A DNA stretch of 64,000 nucleotides, from assembly GCF_009914755.1 (NCBI RefSeq), contig NC_060935.1, one strand, 5' to 3'. The stretch comes from the human T2T-CHM13v2.0 reference genome, Homo sapiens. Position numbers and translations under genes: made by a program. Shown here piece after piece: positions 17,678 through 38,505 of this stretch. The number at the start of each line of letters is the position of its first letter. Within the stretch, counting starts at the first letter, position 1. The notes beneath the pieces were generated by a model. It did not search any database, was not told where the DNA came from, and saw nothing but the letters and a program-made list of their open reading frames with translations.

Positions 17678-18220
17678 CACTACAGACAGATAACCGGGTT
17701 CCTGTCTGCATTTCCATTTGTTGGCCATTTCTGAAAATGCTTACTTTGGAGATTGAGACAATACGGGCCAGGGAAGTGTATGATGGATTTGCCAACAAAA
17801 AGTCACTAAAATCATAGCCAAGCGATAGATGCTGATGAAATGCATCCTCCTTCGGGATATGACACCAGGACTAGCACTCTCAAAATGTCTACGCAATGGC
17901 ACTGATGTCTGTGAAGGCCCAGCAGTATTCGCACTCACCATTATGCAGCTCTGGGGCCCCATGACTGATGGTCTTGGCTGCCGAGCTTCCCAGCAGATTC
18001 TGGGTTAGGTTCTCACCATGGCCCCCAGGACAGTGCAGACCCATGCTCCTCAGCCCCTGGGTGGGCCCAGAGTTGTAGGAGGAAGTCTGCTGGGACTTCT
18101 AGCTACGCAGCCCCAGAACACCTGCTCCTCTGCTTCCCAAACTCAGGCTCAGAGCTGGGGAGCTCCTCCCTGTGCGATGTTCTGCAGCCCTTCCCTCCCT
18201 AGGGAAGGCCCTTGTGCTTA

Positions 18221-18382
<162 letters not shown>

Positions 18383-18528
18383 TCATAAAACGAAAAGCCC
18401 ATTATGCCCCTCAACTCAAGTTCAATGTTGACTTGGCCGCTTAATTGAGCTGGCCTTGCCAAAACAGGAATTTAGAAATCAGGGCCCTTAGCGCAAGAGA
18501 GCCAGCACAAGACAATCGTGACACTTAC

Positions 18529-18669
18529 ATTCAGAGCTTCCATGTCTCTGTGGAAGTCCCCCTCCCAGAACTTGGGCAGCTTGGAGAAGATGGAATTGTC
18601 AGTGACATCACAGCCAAGTGTAGAATCCAGCCAGTCAGAGAGCAAATCCTTGGCTTCTTCCAGCAACAC
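18529..18669 (-). CDS. CARS1: CARS1 exon 8 (141 nt; VLLEEAKD...DMEALN)
   Basis: ttcag| acceptor, |gtaagt donor; inside ORF 18472..18708. Confidence 0.96.
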
Positions 18670-19799
18670 CTGAAGAGAAAGAAACAAAAATCCAGCAGCG
18701 GGCCACACACTTCACATGAGAACATCTCGTGCAGCTGGTGTGAGCCCATCAGTGCCCTGAATTCAAAGGTGCTGACCTTGACCTGTGAAGAGCCACCGTC
18801 TCCTAGGGAGACTGTGATGCTTACACAACTGGCTCGGCAGGGACAAATACAAGACTCTACAAATGGGCAGGTCTCACATGAACTCAGAGGAGCAAAGCCA
18901 AGGGGACTGTGGGTGCAGAGGCAAAAAGAGGTGGGAGGGCCGAGGTGGGCCTGGTGAGCACGTGCAGCCTACCTGGGCCGTGCAGGGCAGGGTTATGGGC
19001 AGAGGCTGGGCAGGAGCACACAGTGTGTCACCTACAGCACAACCCCTTGGTGCATTCAGGAAAAGATTCATGACGGACACAGCCAGAGGTTAGGAGAGAT
19101 AGGCAGGGCACTGGTCCCAGAGGTCTCAAAAGCCCCATCTCCCTGACGCCATTGACTGAAGATGCCATCCCCACTTGACACACCATGGAATGGGAGTAAA
19201 AACCACCAATCCCAGCAAAACATGGCACCTATGTGAACCAGGTCCTGACCACACACACTCTAGGCATGAGACACGCCCCAACTGCACTCATGTCAGAAAA
19301 GAGAAATGTCTACCCTCCGCCATCTTGGAGGGACCTAGAGTCTCAATGCACTGACGTGGACCCAGGACAGGGCGTGGCACCAAGCAGATGGTCTGTGGCG
19401 TACTATGGGAAGGGGAGGCAAAGAACCAAGGCTGGAGAGAAAAAGTGTAGGAAAATGGCCTGGCAGACAGCAAGGACACAGGGTGGACAAAGCCACAACA
19501 CAGACAGAGAAGGGGCACAGGGCCCACGTGGGCCAGGTTCCTGATGCAATCCCTGCCTACAGCTCCTGAATCAAACAGATGTGTTAAATGTATTGCAGGC
19601 CTGCAAGTGGCAAGGCACGTCTGCAGGAATGAGCACACCCTCCCCACCGCGGCAGGGCATCCAGTGGGCAGACAAGCACCAAAAGCAGGGTGTGCGCTCT
19701 GGGGAGCAAAGGCTGCCAAGTCTGCTGCCCGAAAAGCAAACACTGGGCCTGCCCCAAGTACAGGGAAACGCGCATCCTGGCCCTCAGGATCACCAAGGT

Positions 19800-23050
<3,251 letters not shown>

Positions 23051-23169
23051 CTTCAAAACACACCTAACGACAAAACCAAGATGGGGCCTCTTACCCATCA
23101 GATACCTGTGAGAGACAGCATGATACTCCTGCAGGACTGGGCAATTTTTATAAATTTTTTAAATTTTAA

Positions 23170-25008
<1,839 letters not shown>

Positions 25009-25639
25009 TATAGACATTTCTGATATGGCTACTATGAAGATAAAAGTGAGCCTAGAAGGTCTGTGTCTGCCACCTGAGAAAGGCCTGCCTACAGAGCTGG
25101 CCATTAGCTGGCATCCAGGAGCTGAAATGTCCCCTGTGCTAAGAGGCCGGGAAACCCAGCTCTGTGGCAGCAGCCCCCAGTGGGCTGTTGAACAAACACT
25201 GTGGCTTATGCAGGTGGAACACCAGCTTTCCTCCTGGGGAGTCAGGAATTGCGGCACGTGCCAGGCAGAGGGTGCCTATGTGATGGGCTTCCCTAGGGAG
25301 GGACATTTCACACATGTGGCTGCATTTTTTTCCTGGTGGGGGAGAGTGTGCTGTGTCCCCTCATGGGAGGCAGGGAGGAAGCTTCAGCAGCCTGCCCATG
25401 GATGATTGAAGACTCCGCCTGAGCTTCTGCTCCTCGCTGTGTCACTGCTACAAACCTTAGACAAGATGATAACTCGATGCCGAGTCTCATGAGTCCTTCT
25501 AGGGCCCCAGAATGTGTGGGCAGTGTTGGGAACCCCCGACAGTCACTCACATATATCCTACACAACCCAGCGATTCCACTTGCAGGTATATGGCCTAAAG
25601 AAACTTGCAAATGTCCACCTAGAGACAACACAAAACAAC

Positions 25640-26240
25640 TCACAGTTCAGCAAAAGACACTCCACATCACTAGCCATTAAGGAAATGCAAACCAAAACCA
25701 CAGTATACCACCTCACACCTACTGGGATGAAAAAAATGAAGAATAACAAGCTTTGGCAAGGATGTGGAGAAAACAGAACCCCATGCACTATGGGTGGGAA
25801 TGTGTAATAGTGCAGCCACTGCAGAAACAATACGGTGGTTACGCAGAATATCAAAAATAGAATCATCACATGACCCAGCAATTCCACTTCCGTGTATATC
25901 CCCAAAAGAAGTGAAAGCAGGAACCCAAACAGATATTTGTACACCCAGGTTTATAGCAGCATTACTTGCATCTCCAAAAGGTGGAAACAACCCACGTGTC
26001 CACGGGCAGGTGAAAGGATGAGCAAAATGTGGCCCATCTATACACAACAGAGTATCATTCAGCCATAGGAAGGAAGCAGAGTCTGACATGCACTACAGCA
26101 TGGGTCAACCATGGGCACACTATGCTGGGCAAAATAAACCAGACACAAAAAGACCCTGTCTCTACAAAAAAAAAGTTTTTAAAAATGGCTAAGATGGTAA
26201 ATTTCTTATGATGTGTGTTTTACCACAATTAAAAAAAAAA
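25640..26240 (+). mobile_element. L1 ORF2 C-terminus / 3' UTR (L1MB-like)
   Basis: Degenerate ORF SLAIKEMQTKTT...HLTP and DPAIPL motifs. Confidence 0.8.
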
Positions 26241-26674
26241 AAAGAATATTAGTGGAACAACTGGGAAAAAAATTACAGCAGCATTGTTGGTAAGAAGGAA
26301 ACCTAACTGCCCGTCCCAGGAGAACAGACAAACAGCTCGGCTCCCAGGCAGGCACTGAGGCAGTGACAGTGACCACATGTGGGTCGTCCCAGAAGCACAG
26401 CTTGGGTGAAAGCACACTGACGACTACATACACGTGGCGTGTTTCCGTGAAGTTTGGAAACAGGCGCAACGAAGCGATCTGCTGAGTCAGGACACAGAAG
26501 AGACCAAACTAGAAAGAAACATGCTGGCGAAGGGCAGACACAGACTCCCTGCCCCATCACTGAGGTGGGGCCAGGGCAGTGGTGAGGGAAGGCAGGGCTG
26601 CGGCCTCAGTGGGGCCTCTTTTTCTACACACAGCTGCAGCCGTCTCTTCTCTTTTCCATCGAGTTCTTAAAGGG

Positions 26675-26693
26675 TGACCAGCAGGCGGCGCTG
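26675..26693 (+). promoter_or_regulatory. Candidate CTCF site TGACCAGCAGGCGGCGCTG
   Basis: Close match to the CTCF core consensus; binding not shown. Confidence 0.55.
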
Positions 26694-27148
26694 GCACAAA
26701 GGAGAAGGCCTTCCTGACTGTGTCCAGGGCGCCAGCCACAGGGAAAGGCCTGAGGAAGAGGGCAGGGTCCCCTCTGCACCCAGGTCTCTGCCCTGTGTCT
26801 GAAGGAGATATTGGCAGGGGCAGGAGAGCTGGTCAACGTGAAGGCCCCAAGCTCAGTAGGTACCCACAGGCCTCAATGCTCAATTCAATGTTAATCCCTG
26901 CTCCTCCTTCTCCAGCTGGTGTGGGGAGAGTCCGCTGGAGAATCTTGGAACACTTCGACAGAAGGCTGCCTCCCCACGTTCCAAGTGCACCTCCTGCCTA
27001 TCTGATGGAAGTGGTGGGAGGGTGTGGATCCCGAGTCTCCTTCCAGTGGCACAGGCTCTGCACCCAGGAAATGGGGCAAAGGGGTGTGGGAGGGGAGGGG
27101 CACTGACTCAGCCACCGCAGAACAGGGCCGCCTGCCACAGTGGAGCTA

Positions 27149-27460
<312 letters not shown>

Positions 27461-28340
27461 TCAGCAAAACCTAAATTCATAAAGGTGATTCCAGGTAGAA
27501 AACAGAACGGTTTTTCCCATGGCCCCATAGAGATAGAGAAGTGTGCAACCCAAGTGGCCAGGCAGTAAGGAACTAAGAGAGACTGAAGCTCCCGGCTCAG
27601 GAGCTCCTGGTTCTGCCCTCTCACGTGTGACCCTGGACAGGGCACCTAACCTCTCTGTGCCTCAGTTTCTCCAATGCAAATTGGGTGTGAGAGCAGTATT
27701 TCTAGGGCTGTTCTGGGGATGAGGAAAAGTAGGCCACCCAGTGTGTTCTGAGGTGTGCTGCAGACACATCCATCAGGAAGGTACTCAGGCCTCACTGACC
27801 TAAAAGATTGCTCAGCTCTAATTTTATTCCTGTTTTTAATTCCAGAGATAAAATGCCATAAGCATATCCATAATGATTACTGTAATTACTAAGGATAATT
27901 AGTAGAGAGTAAAATGACCTATTCTTACTATTGTAATAAAAATAAGTATATAACGATGGTTATTCAGAATGAAAATACTAGAGAGAACTAATTTCTTCAA
28001 AAGATTCTGAAAATTTACAGTATTACCAAATTAAAAAGCTTAGTATAGCTTTTGTATCTTGGGCAGAAGTTTCTGATTTAGTTGTAACCTTGGCATTGAA
28101 AATTAGACAGCAATATTGGTAAGCATTTTTATAAGTGTAATTAGTGGCACTGTGATGAATTCAGTTGTTTTCCTGTAAGTGGCAGGAATGTCACCTACTC
28201 TCCACTCCACTCCAGTACATCTTTGCTGGTGACTTTGTCACAGGCCAGGGGACCTTACCTATGGAGACTTCAGCGCCCCTGACGGAACTGGCTTGAGTAA
28301 CATACACTTTGTGAAAGCCTGTGAGACTGACACTACCCTA

Positions 28341-28601
<261 letters not shown>

Positions 28602-29029
28602 CTAAGTGAGGGTGAGGGTGGTGGGAGACAACTGTGGGCCCCGGACGTGCACACCATCATCAAATAGAAACACCACCCTCCATCTCCCACCTGCCAAGTA
28701 GTGCCCAAGGCCTAACATGATCTTTCTGACGCTTAATGAAATGAGCCCTGGGGGCCCCAGCTTCCCCTGCAAGCCACATGTCGAAGTGCGTGCTGTGGGA
28801 GGCCTTCCTTCTGCAAAACACCCAGGGCTACCGACCCCTGAGCAACATGCAGGTTTCTAACCGTGTCTGAACATCATAGAAATGATCATATCAGTAGCAG
28901 AAGTGGTAATATTAACTCACTGAGGGGATTAAAATGATGTTTATCAGGTGAAAACACAAGCTAGCTCAAGCCTACATTATTTACTTATGCGAAAGTTCTA
29001 TCTTCTTTTACACCATCCAATTGCATTTA

Positions 29030-29609
<580 letters not shown>

Positions 29610-30116
29610 TACATGACCTTGGCACTGCAACTAAAACATGAACACATAAAAGGACTCTGTGGCATTTACCCCAACAGCCAGCTACTCGTCAGGAGCTACA
29701 GCCATGACCATCCAGTGGTCGGGGGGCGGTCACAGCCAACCCAGCGTCAGGCCTGTCAGGTCTGAGTGTCACGGGAACTCAGCATCTGGGGACCCCACGA
29801 GAGCTTGAGGGATGAGAGAAAACTTTAAGGTATGTGAGAAAAAGTGCCCAGGTCGAGTCCAGCATGTTAGCAGTGGGGCTATGGACATTTTCTTTTTGGT
29901 GATCTGTAGTCTTTCTGCAGTGAATATAGATTACTTATGGAATTAAAATTTTCATCTTAAAAATAAGAGAAGAAATTCAGTCTTGATTCCTCAAATCTCA
30001 GGTCTCTGTAGCAGATCTAAGATCTTTGTGGACCTAAGATCGCTGCTGTGGATCCCAATGGCTCTGACTTCTGCGTGCAACTGCAGAAGCTGCAGGGACA
30101 CCCCGCGGTGGACCTA

Positions 30117-30263
<147 letters not shown>

Positions 30264-31266
30264 TTACCAAAAACAGCAACAAACATCACAGTGTGGTTTG
30301 TGTTTAGTGTAAACAATTCAACAGAGACCATTTTGTTTTACTGTGAAAAGTCACAGTCTCAGTGGGAGCCCAGTGAGATGTACGGCACCTCCCACCAACT
30401 GAGCCCTGGGTGGGTGGGGCCTCTTCCTCCCTGGGGTTCTACTCATCTATGGAGGGAGGCGATAAAGGGAATCAATGATTTTATTGATTGTTGAAATGCT
30501 GCTTATTTAACAATAACACAGCTAATATTTACTGAGTACCTACCATGTGCCAGGCCCTGAGCTAAATATTCAATATGCAGTACACTCTAGGACGTAGGTT
30601 ATGTCATTTTCTTTTTACGGATGAAGAAACTGAGGCAGACAACACTTGGCCAGGGTCAGTCCCTATTGGGGGAGCGCGGCTTGGAGGCCAGGACCCCTGA
30701 ATCGTGGTGCTGCTCTGGCACCACTCCCCAACATCCCAGCACCCTCAGACCTCTCTGGGGGCATCATCCTCAACCAGTTTCCCAAGGAAGGCCATGAACT
30801 CCCTCACACCTGACTCTCTGTCTGCCAAACATGCTCCCTGATGGAAATCCAAGCAGCCCCGCCCAGAGCCTGGTCTGAAATCACTGGAGTCACTGGCCAT
30901 GCCCTGAGCCAAGCAAACCATGCAAACCCCATTCTGTTAGGAACCAATCCTGCCTTCTTCTCAAAACCTGCTGTGCTCCCAACAACATCCAGCCAGTTTG
31001 CCGTTTTGTCCATCCTGCTTGGCTCATACAGTGCCACCTGCTGCAACCACGCGTCCTCCTGAAAGGCGTGGCTGTGGATGACCTCAAGTACTCATGGTTG
31101 GGCAGAGTCCGAGAGACAAGCCAGGGTGATCCATGCCCAGAAGTCATGGGCAGGCTTCCACATGAGGCATGATACTTCACGTGTCTGGGTTTCAGAGGAC
31201 AGCTCTGCCTCTGGGCCACAGAGACTATAACATGGAAGTGACTGAAGGATCTTAAACCTGGATTTA

Positions 31267-31500
<234 letters not shown>

Positions 31501-31650
31501 TCAGGGTCCAGGGGCAGCACCAGGAAGTGCAAGTCGCCTCTTCACCTGGAGACTTGGTTTTTACAACGGGACCATAGTTTTCCATGAAATTTAAACAATG
31601 TGAAACCACACGAATCTCGGTCAACATTACGCAGGTCAAAGACAACTGCG

Positions 31651-31740
31651 TCTTTTTTTTTTTTTAGACGGAGTCTCGCTCTGTCGCCCAGGCCAGAGTG
31701 CAGTGGTGTGATCTCGGCTCACTGCAAGCTCTGCCTCCCG
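31651..31740 (-). mobile_element. 5'-truncated AluY fragment with TSD
   Basis: TSD GACAAC(T/C)GCGTCTTT flanks ~90 bp of right arm. Confidence 0.85.
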
Positions 31741-33614
31741 ACAACCGCGTCTTTCTTTTGCTTTCTAATATTCTGTATGGCAGCATACCCCAATAACACC
31801 CTTAGAGCCCCAGGAGGGCTGAGGAATGCCTGCACAGCGTGCCCAGCACATTCCACTGCTCTTCAAATACTGGCCCCTTTCTGGCAGTGAGCACACCACC
31901 ACCTGGCACTCCTGGGTCAGTCAGGGCTTGACACTGACAAGGTATGGTCTGTTCTGCCGCAGCCCTGGGAACCTCCCCCACCCAGGATCCCTCACCTGGA
32001 CAAACTGAGGATTTTGAGGACTCTTGTTGGGACAGAGGCCACCTCCAAGCCTCCAAGCCCTGGCAGCAGAAGCCAGGAGTCAGAGCAGAAAGGACCCCCT
32101 GTGGCCACGGCCAGCAGGCAAGACTGGCTCCAGCCCAGCCCCTCCTCATCACTTCGGACACTGCAGAAGTGAGTGGCTGGCTCCCAGCTCTGGGCCCACA
32201 GCCCAGCAGACTCTGATCCAGACACTGGGCTTCAAGCTCCACATAGGTCTATACTGCCTTCATAAATAACCTGAGCTCCTCTCAGCCTCCAGGCAGAGAC
32301 CCCTGCCAGCCAGCCCCTCAGTGCAGTCACCTCCTCCTGGCCAGACTTCCCTAGTTGTTCCCCTCCACTCGCCTGTGGGCCGCCTGGGCTGCTCTGAGCA
32401 CACTGCTTCCAGGCCTGGCTTCCAACCTGGCACAAGGCTGTCCTTACACAACCTGCATCTGAGATCCCTGAAGGGGCAGAGCTCTGTCCCTGGGGCCAGG
32501 GGCAGCCACAGGGTGATTATTCACCCTCTGAAACGTCAATCTGGCAAAGCTAGGTGTGGAGGACGGTACCTGGTGACTTTCCCGTTGCCCTCAGCCGGCT
32601 CCTGCCTGCCCTGCCCCCTCAGCAGATCCCCACTTTTCTCCACAGTCGTCGCCCACAGGTCCAGGTTCTGCGTTATGCTCTGCTGGGCACCTCTGACCCC
32701 AGCTGGTGCCTGGCCCTGGGAAGGGCTTCACATGTCTCTGCTGAGTGGCACCAGGAAGGCCTACGAGATGGATACTCCTAGCACTGACCTGTGCCCACCC
32801 CAGCAGGCCGCCTGGCAGCTCACCAGGGTGCTCGCATCCTGCCTCCTCCTGTCCCTGGTTTCTGTGCCAGAGGGTCTGGCAGCATGGCCAGCAAATTGCC
32901 ACACACTGATCACGGGGAAGTTGGTCCTGGGCACCAGCCATCTCTTGGCCTCCCGGCTCTAGCTCAGGCCACACGAGCCAGGACGGCAGACGCTGATGAC
33001 TAACAGGCCAAGGGGAGGAAGGAGGGCGGCTGCACTGTGTCTGGGCAGTGGGGGTACTGTGGGCAGGTGGGAGATGGGGCAGGAGACGGAGAGAGGGCCA
33101 GTGCTCAGCAGGAGCCCCCACTCTAGGTGAGTTCCAGTGGTCACAGGTGGTCAGATTCTAAAGCGTAGGCAATCTCCAATCTTAATCAAACATCATGTGC
33201 TTATTGAGGCCAAGTGCAGCTCGGCCTCAGTGTACTTTAAATGCCTCACAAGCCCTTGAAGGAGAATCTCACTCAATGCCTGGAGGCATTCAACCGGCCA
33301 CTCTAGGATCCCATCACTCTCCTCCCTCACAAAGACCCTGGAGCTCCTTCAATAGGACACTGCTGCCATCTCAGACAGCTGGAGACGCTGCCCAGAAACA
33401 CAGCCATGAGGCCACGGGATCATCACACTCACCCTGCTATGAGGAAACGGCCCAGGGTTCACAGGACTGAAAGCTTGTCCAAGAAGCCTGGCCACAGCCA
33501 GCATTCCTGCTCCCCTAAGGCTGCTATCTCCACACAGCTGGCGATGGGCTCCCCAGGAAAACGGGTTACCAGGCCCAGATATACAAATTCAGATTTGCAA
33601 AAGGGAAGAACTGA

Positions 33615-33920
<306 letters not shown>

Positions 33921-34473
33921 TGTGCTTTTGTTTCTTTGGAAAAAATGAACACACATTCGTTGATTCCAGAGTCCCACCCTGACCTGAGTGATCCAACAAC
34001 AGACCAACTATGAACCGCTCATGAGAGACATGGCTTTGAAACAGGGATGTGGGAGGCTGAAGATAAAATGATGGAGAGGGAAGCCAGGAAGTGGCAAGCA
34101 GTCTGCCTACAACACACCAGATGCAGATAGGACCCAAGCAAGGGGTTCATGGAGAGAAATCCTTCATCAGGAAGTTAAGGGTCCTCCATCGGAGGGGTGA
34201 GAGCAACACCAAACCTTCATGTTCCTGAAACTATGGCCTCGGCGTCTGACAGACCCACACCCTCCTCAGTGAAGGGTATAGCTGACACTCCTTCCCGGGG
34301 GGTAGGGAGAGGCCGGCGGGCTGGAAGGGCTGAGCCTCCACTGCGGGTGAGAAGTGCTCAACAAGTTCAACGTCCTGATATCCAGTGGACCTCCGTGCTG
34401 GAGGCTGGTGATCCAGGGAAGGGATCCGCCAGGAAGGGGTCTGGCTTCACAGGAGTAGGGACCTGGGGGTTAA

Positions 34474-34789
<316 letters not shown>

Positions 34790-36221
34790 AAGCAGAGTCT
34801 TTCCATGTCTGAGAGGATCTTGGAGACAGGACACAGAAGGCACATGGGAGGAGCTGGTAACAGGCGGGCACACTGAGGGCCAGACACAGGCACATCTGAT
34901 GCTGCTGGGATGTCCAACAGAGGTGGAAGGGCGAGCAGGAGGAGGGGCACATGGCCCACTGTGCCAGCAAGGAAGGTGCATGCTTGGGGAGTATGAGCCA
35001 TGGAAAGAGAGGGCGTTCCCACTCAGTGGGGGAAGCAGCTCTGATTGTCACAGCTACATGGAGGGAGATCCACAGCTACTGTCATCCCAGGGACATGGGC
35101 GAGGACACTACACTGGACTCCATGGCGCCTTGGACCCACTCGAGGTCACTGGATGCTCTAGCAGTCCCAGACTCCAGCTCCCACCTCCCCCTTCAGCCCC
35201 TGCTCAGTGTACAGCAAGCTTGAGTGAGGGTCGCCTGACATAATGCCCATCATTCCTGGCACAAGCAGACCCTGGCAGCCTCTTGCGCAGCCTGGGTGAT
35301 GAGGGGATTTGGAACCTGGGGAGGGCACAGCAACTCCATTAGTGCTATCCATGGTCCATTCTGTTACACAGCAACGTGGCTCTGCTTCCTCTCTGTAGGT
35401 TAAAAAGTGTTTGCAAGAGCAAAACCCTTCCTTCCTCTCACAGTGTGGATGGAGGCTTGCGTCTGTGCCGCTCTTTCAACAAGTCCCTATGAGGGAAGCC
35501 TGGACAGGCCACTGCTGAGCTGGACGTACCAGGCCCGCTTCACCCTCCCTAATCCTGCCCCCCTCTGGCTGTGTCTTGGAATGGCACATGGCAGGGGGAA
35601 CAACCTGACACCCGAGCCCTTGGAGAGAAGGCACCTCACAGCACAGGTGTCACTTGGGTGACCGCGCTGGAGGCTCAGGCAGGAACGGCTACATGGGGAA
35701 GGACGTGACCTGCACAGCAACGGCCTCTGCCCTACGCTGGGGAAGGAGTGTCTGCTGCAGAGTTATCCAGAAAACACGACCCACAGGAGATGTGACATCC
35801 CCACCTCCAGCCTGGTTAAAACAGTGATCTAGCAGAGGCCTGACCCACGGCAGAGGCGGGGGGGCATGTTCCCAATCCCAGGCCCCAACGGAGTCTGGAG
35901 AAGCCCCCAGAAGGCTGCCAGCTACAGCCAGGACCACCAGAAAACAGCACTAAACCTGCCCCCACATGAAGGTGGAGGAGTGCCCACAGCCACAGGAGGA
36001 GCTGGGCCACCCAAAGGCATACTTCAGTGATGATGGCATGGAGCCCCCTCAGATTTGCCACAGAGTGACAAAGCCATGCAGGCATCCCAGGAGTATCTCC
36101 CACAAATAACCACAGGCACGTTCCACAGACACAACCAGCACCAACAGGCTGGAGCTACGGGACAGACATCATCTCAAAGAGAAAAAATGACTTATTTCTG
36201 ATTTTTAAAAAGTTCAATGCC

Positions 36222-36580
<359 letters not shown>

Positions 36581-36973
36581 CTACAATCTTATGGAAGAAA
36601 TAAAGAGAAAGAACTGAGTCAACCAGAGCCAGGCACAGCCTTAGCTAAAAATCACAAGGCTAGGGCCCGTGGCCTGGGCATGCTACGTGGAACCCCAGAG
36701 CCGCAGCGGCTCTGCACCCCACCACCTCAGGCAATCCTGCCACACCAGTGATGTGAACATACTGCTCCTGAATAACCAACTCCATAGGGCGTGATTTTAT
36801 CCCAACCTCCATCCAGCAAGCGCTGCATCTGCCCATCCAGGCCACTTGCTCGAGACACACTTGGGCGAGGCTCCCTCTGGGGTATCCGCAGACGCCAGGT
36901 AAGCACCAGGGTGATGGAGAAAGCCCTTGACCTTGGGAGAGAGGTTCTAATGGCCAGGGAACCCACTCTGTTA

Positions 36974-37252
<279 letters not shown>

Positions 37253-37584
37253 TCAGGCAGGCAGGCGGGCAGCCCAGAGGCCGCCAGAAAGACAGGGACT
37301 AGGGGATGGCACAGAACCAAGGAAAAAGGTGTTCAAGCCCTTCCCTGGACGCCAAACATCCAGAACAGGCAAAGGCACAGGGGCAGCGCTTCGACTGGGG
37401 GCGAGGGAGTGACTGCCTGACAGGTATGGATGGGTTCCCTCTTGGGTGATGAAAATGCTTTGGAACTAGACAGAAATGAAGGCTGCATGACAACATCATG
37501 CGCCAAATACCACAGAATTGTGTACTTTTCACTTTATGTCATATAAATTACTTAGTTTTTACATTTTTAATTTATGTTTTCTAT

Positions 37585-37747
37585 CAGGGAAAGCAGGAAC
37601 ACAGTTCCACACCATCACAAATTACACAGTTCAGTTTCTGACATTTGGGGAAATCATAGGGGTCAGCACATCTGGAGTATAACGGATAAGCCTCGCCTTG
37701 GGAAAGCTACCTACATGATCATGGTATCCCTCCTGTCAGCTAAGTAT
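37585..37747 (-). pseudogene. U1 snRNA pseudogene (near full length, diverged)
   Basis: Reverse complement ATACTTAGCTGACAGGAGGGATACCATGATCATGTAGG...CCCCAAATGT...TTTCCCTG is colinear with U1, with an A-rich 3' flank. Confidence 0.92.
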
Positions 37748-38312
37748 GTTACGAGAATTTAACCTCAATTTTTAAAAACTCACAACAGAAATCCCCCAAA
37801 CCAAACCAACTTCAAGCCTCTTTGCCGCAGCGGCACCCTCTCCCTCTGGGTGCTGGGGGATGAGGGGTAGGAGAACCCCACATTGACAATGTGTGCCATT
37901 TACACCCCTGCACCAAGAGACAGCTGGACTCTAGCATGGCTTCTGCAGGTCAAGGCCACAGCCTCAGGAGGACTGGGCCCCCTCAAAGGACCAGCCCAAG
38001 AAAGCACAGGGCTGCCAGGAAAATGTGGCTGCTCCAGCCAGCCTCACCTGGCCCCTGGCCCCTGGCCCCAGGCCCCAGCCTCCCTCCTTAGAGCCTTCAA
38101 AGCAGTAAGCGTGCACCTCCACCACTCAGGTGTGTCACTCAAGGACCCAAGAGCCACTGTTCCGCATGTCACCATTGGGAGGAGGAGCAGAACCCTAACT
38201 TTCACCACTGCCAGCTGTAGACAAGGCCGCCTTGACACATGCACGCTGACCAGCTCCATGGCTTTTTTCATTTGAGCCCCTGCTCACCCTCCTTCTCCTC
38301 CTCCATTCTCCC

Positions 38313-38505
38313 TTTTTTATTTTTATTTATTTATTTATTTATTTTTATTTTTTAGAGACAGCGTCTGACTCTACTGCCCAGGCTGGAGTGCAGTGGTGCA
38401 ATCAAGGCTCATCACAGCCTCAAAATGCTGGGCTCAAGTGACCCTCCAGCCTAAGCCTCCTGAGTAGCTGGGACTACAGGCACATGCCACCAGGCCCAGC
38501 TAATC
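38313..38505 (-). mobile_element. AluJ right-arm fragment
   Basis: Alu consensus match. Confidence 0.8.

Noticed and set aside
18445-18957. Long plus-strand ORFs overlapping exons (also 889..1491, 6130..6681, 15681..16088)
   Set aside because: Antisense shadows of CARS1 exons or GC-rich sequence; no recognisable domain or splice structure
19542-19550. Perfect TGATGCAAT AARE cores here and at 62410-62418
   Set aside because: A given 9-mer is expected about 0.5 times by chance on both strands of 64 kb, and there is no supporting context
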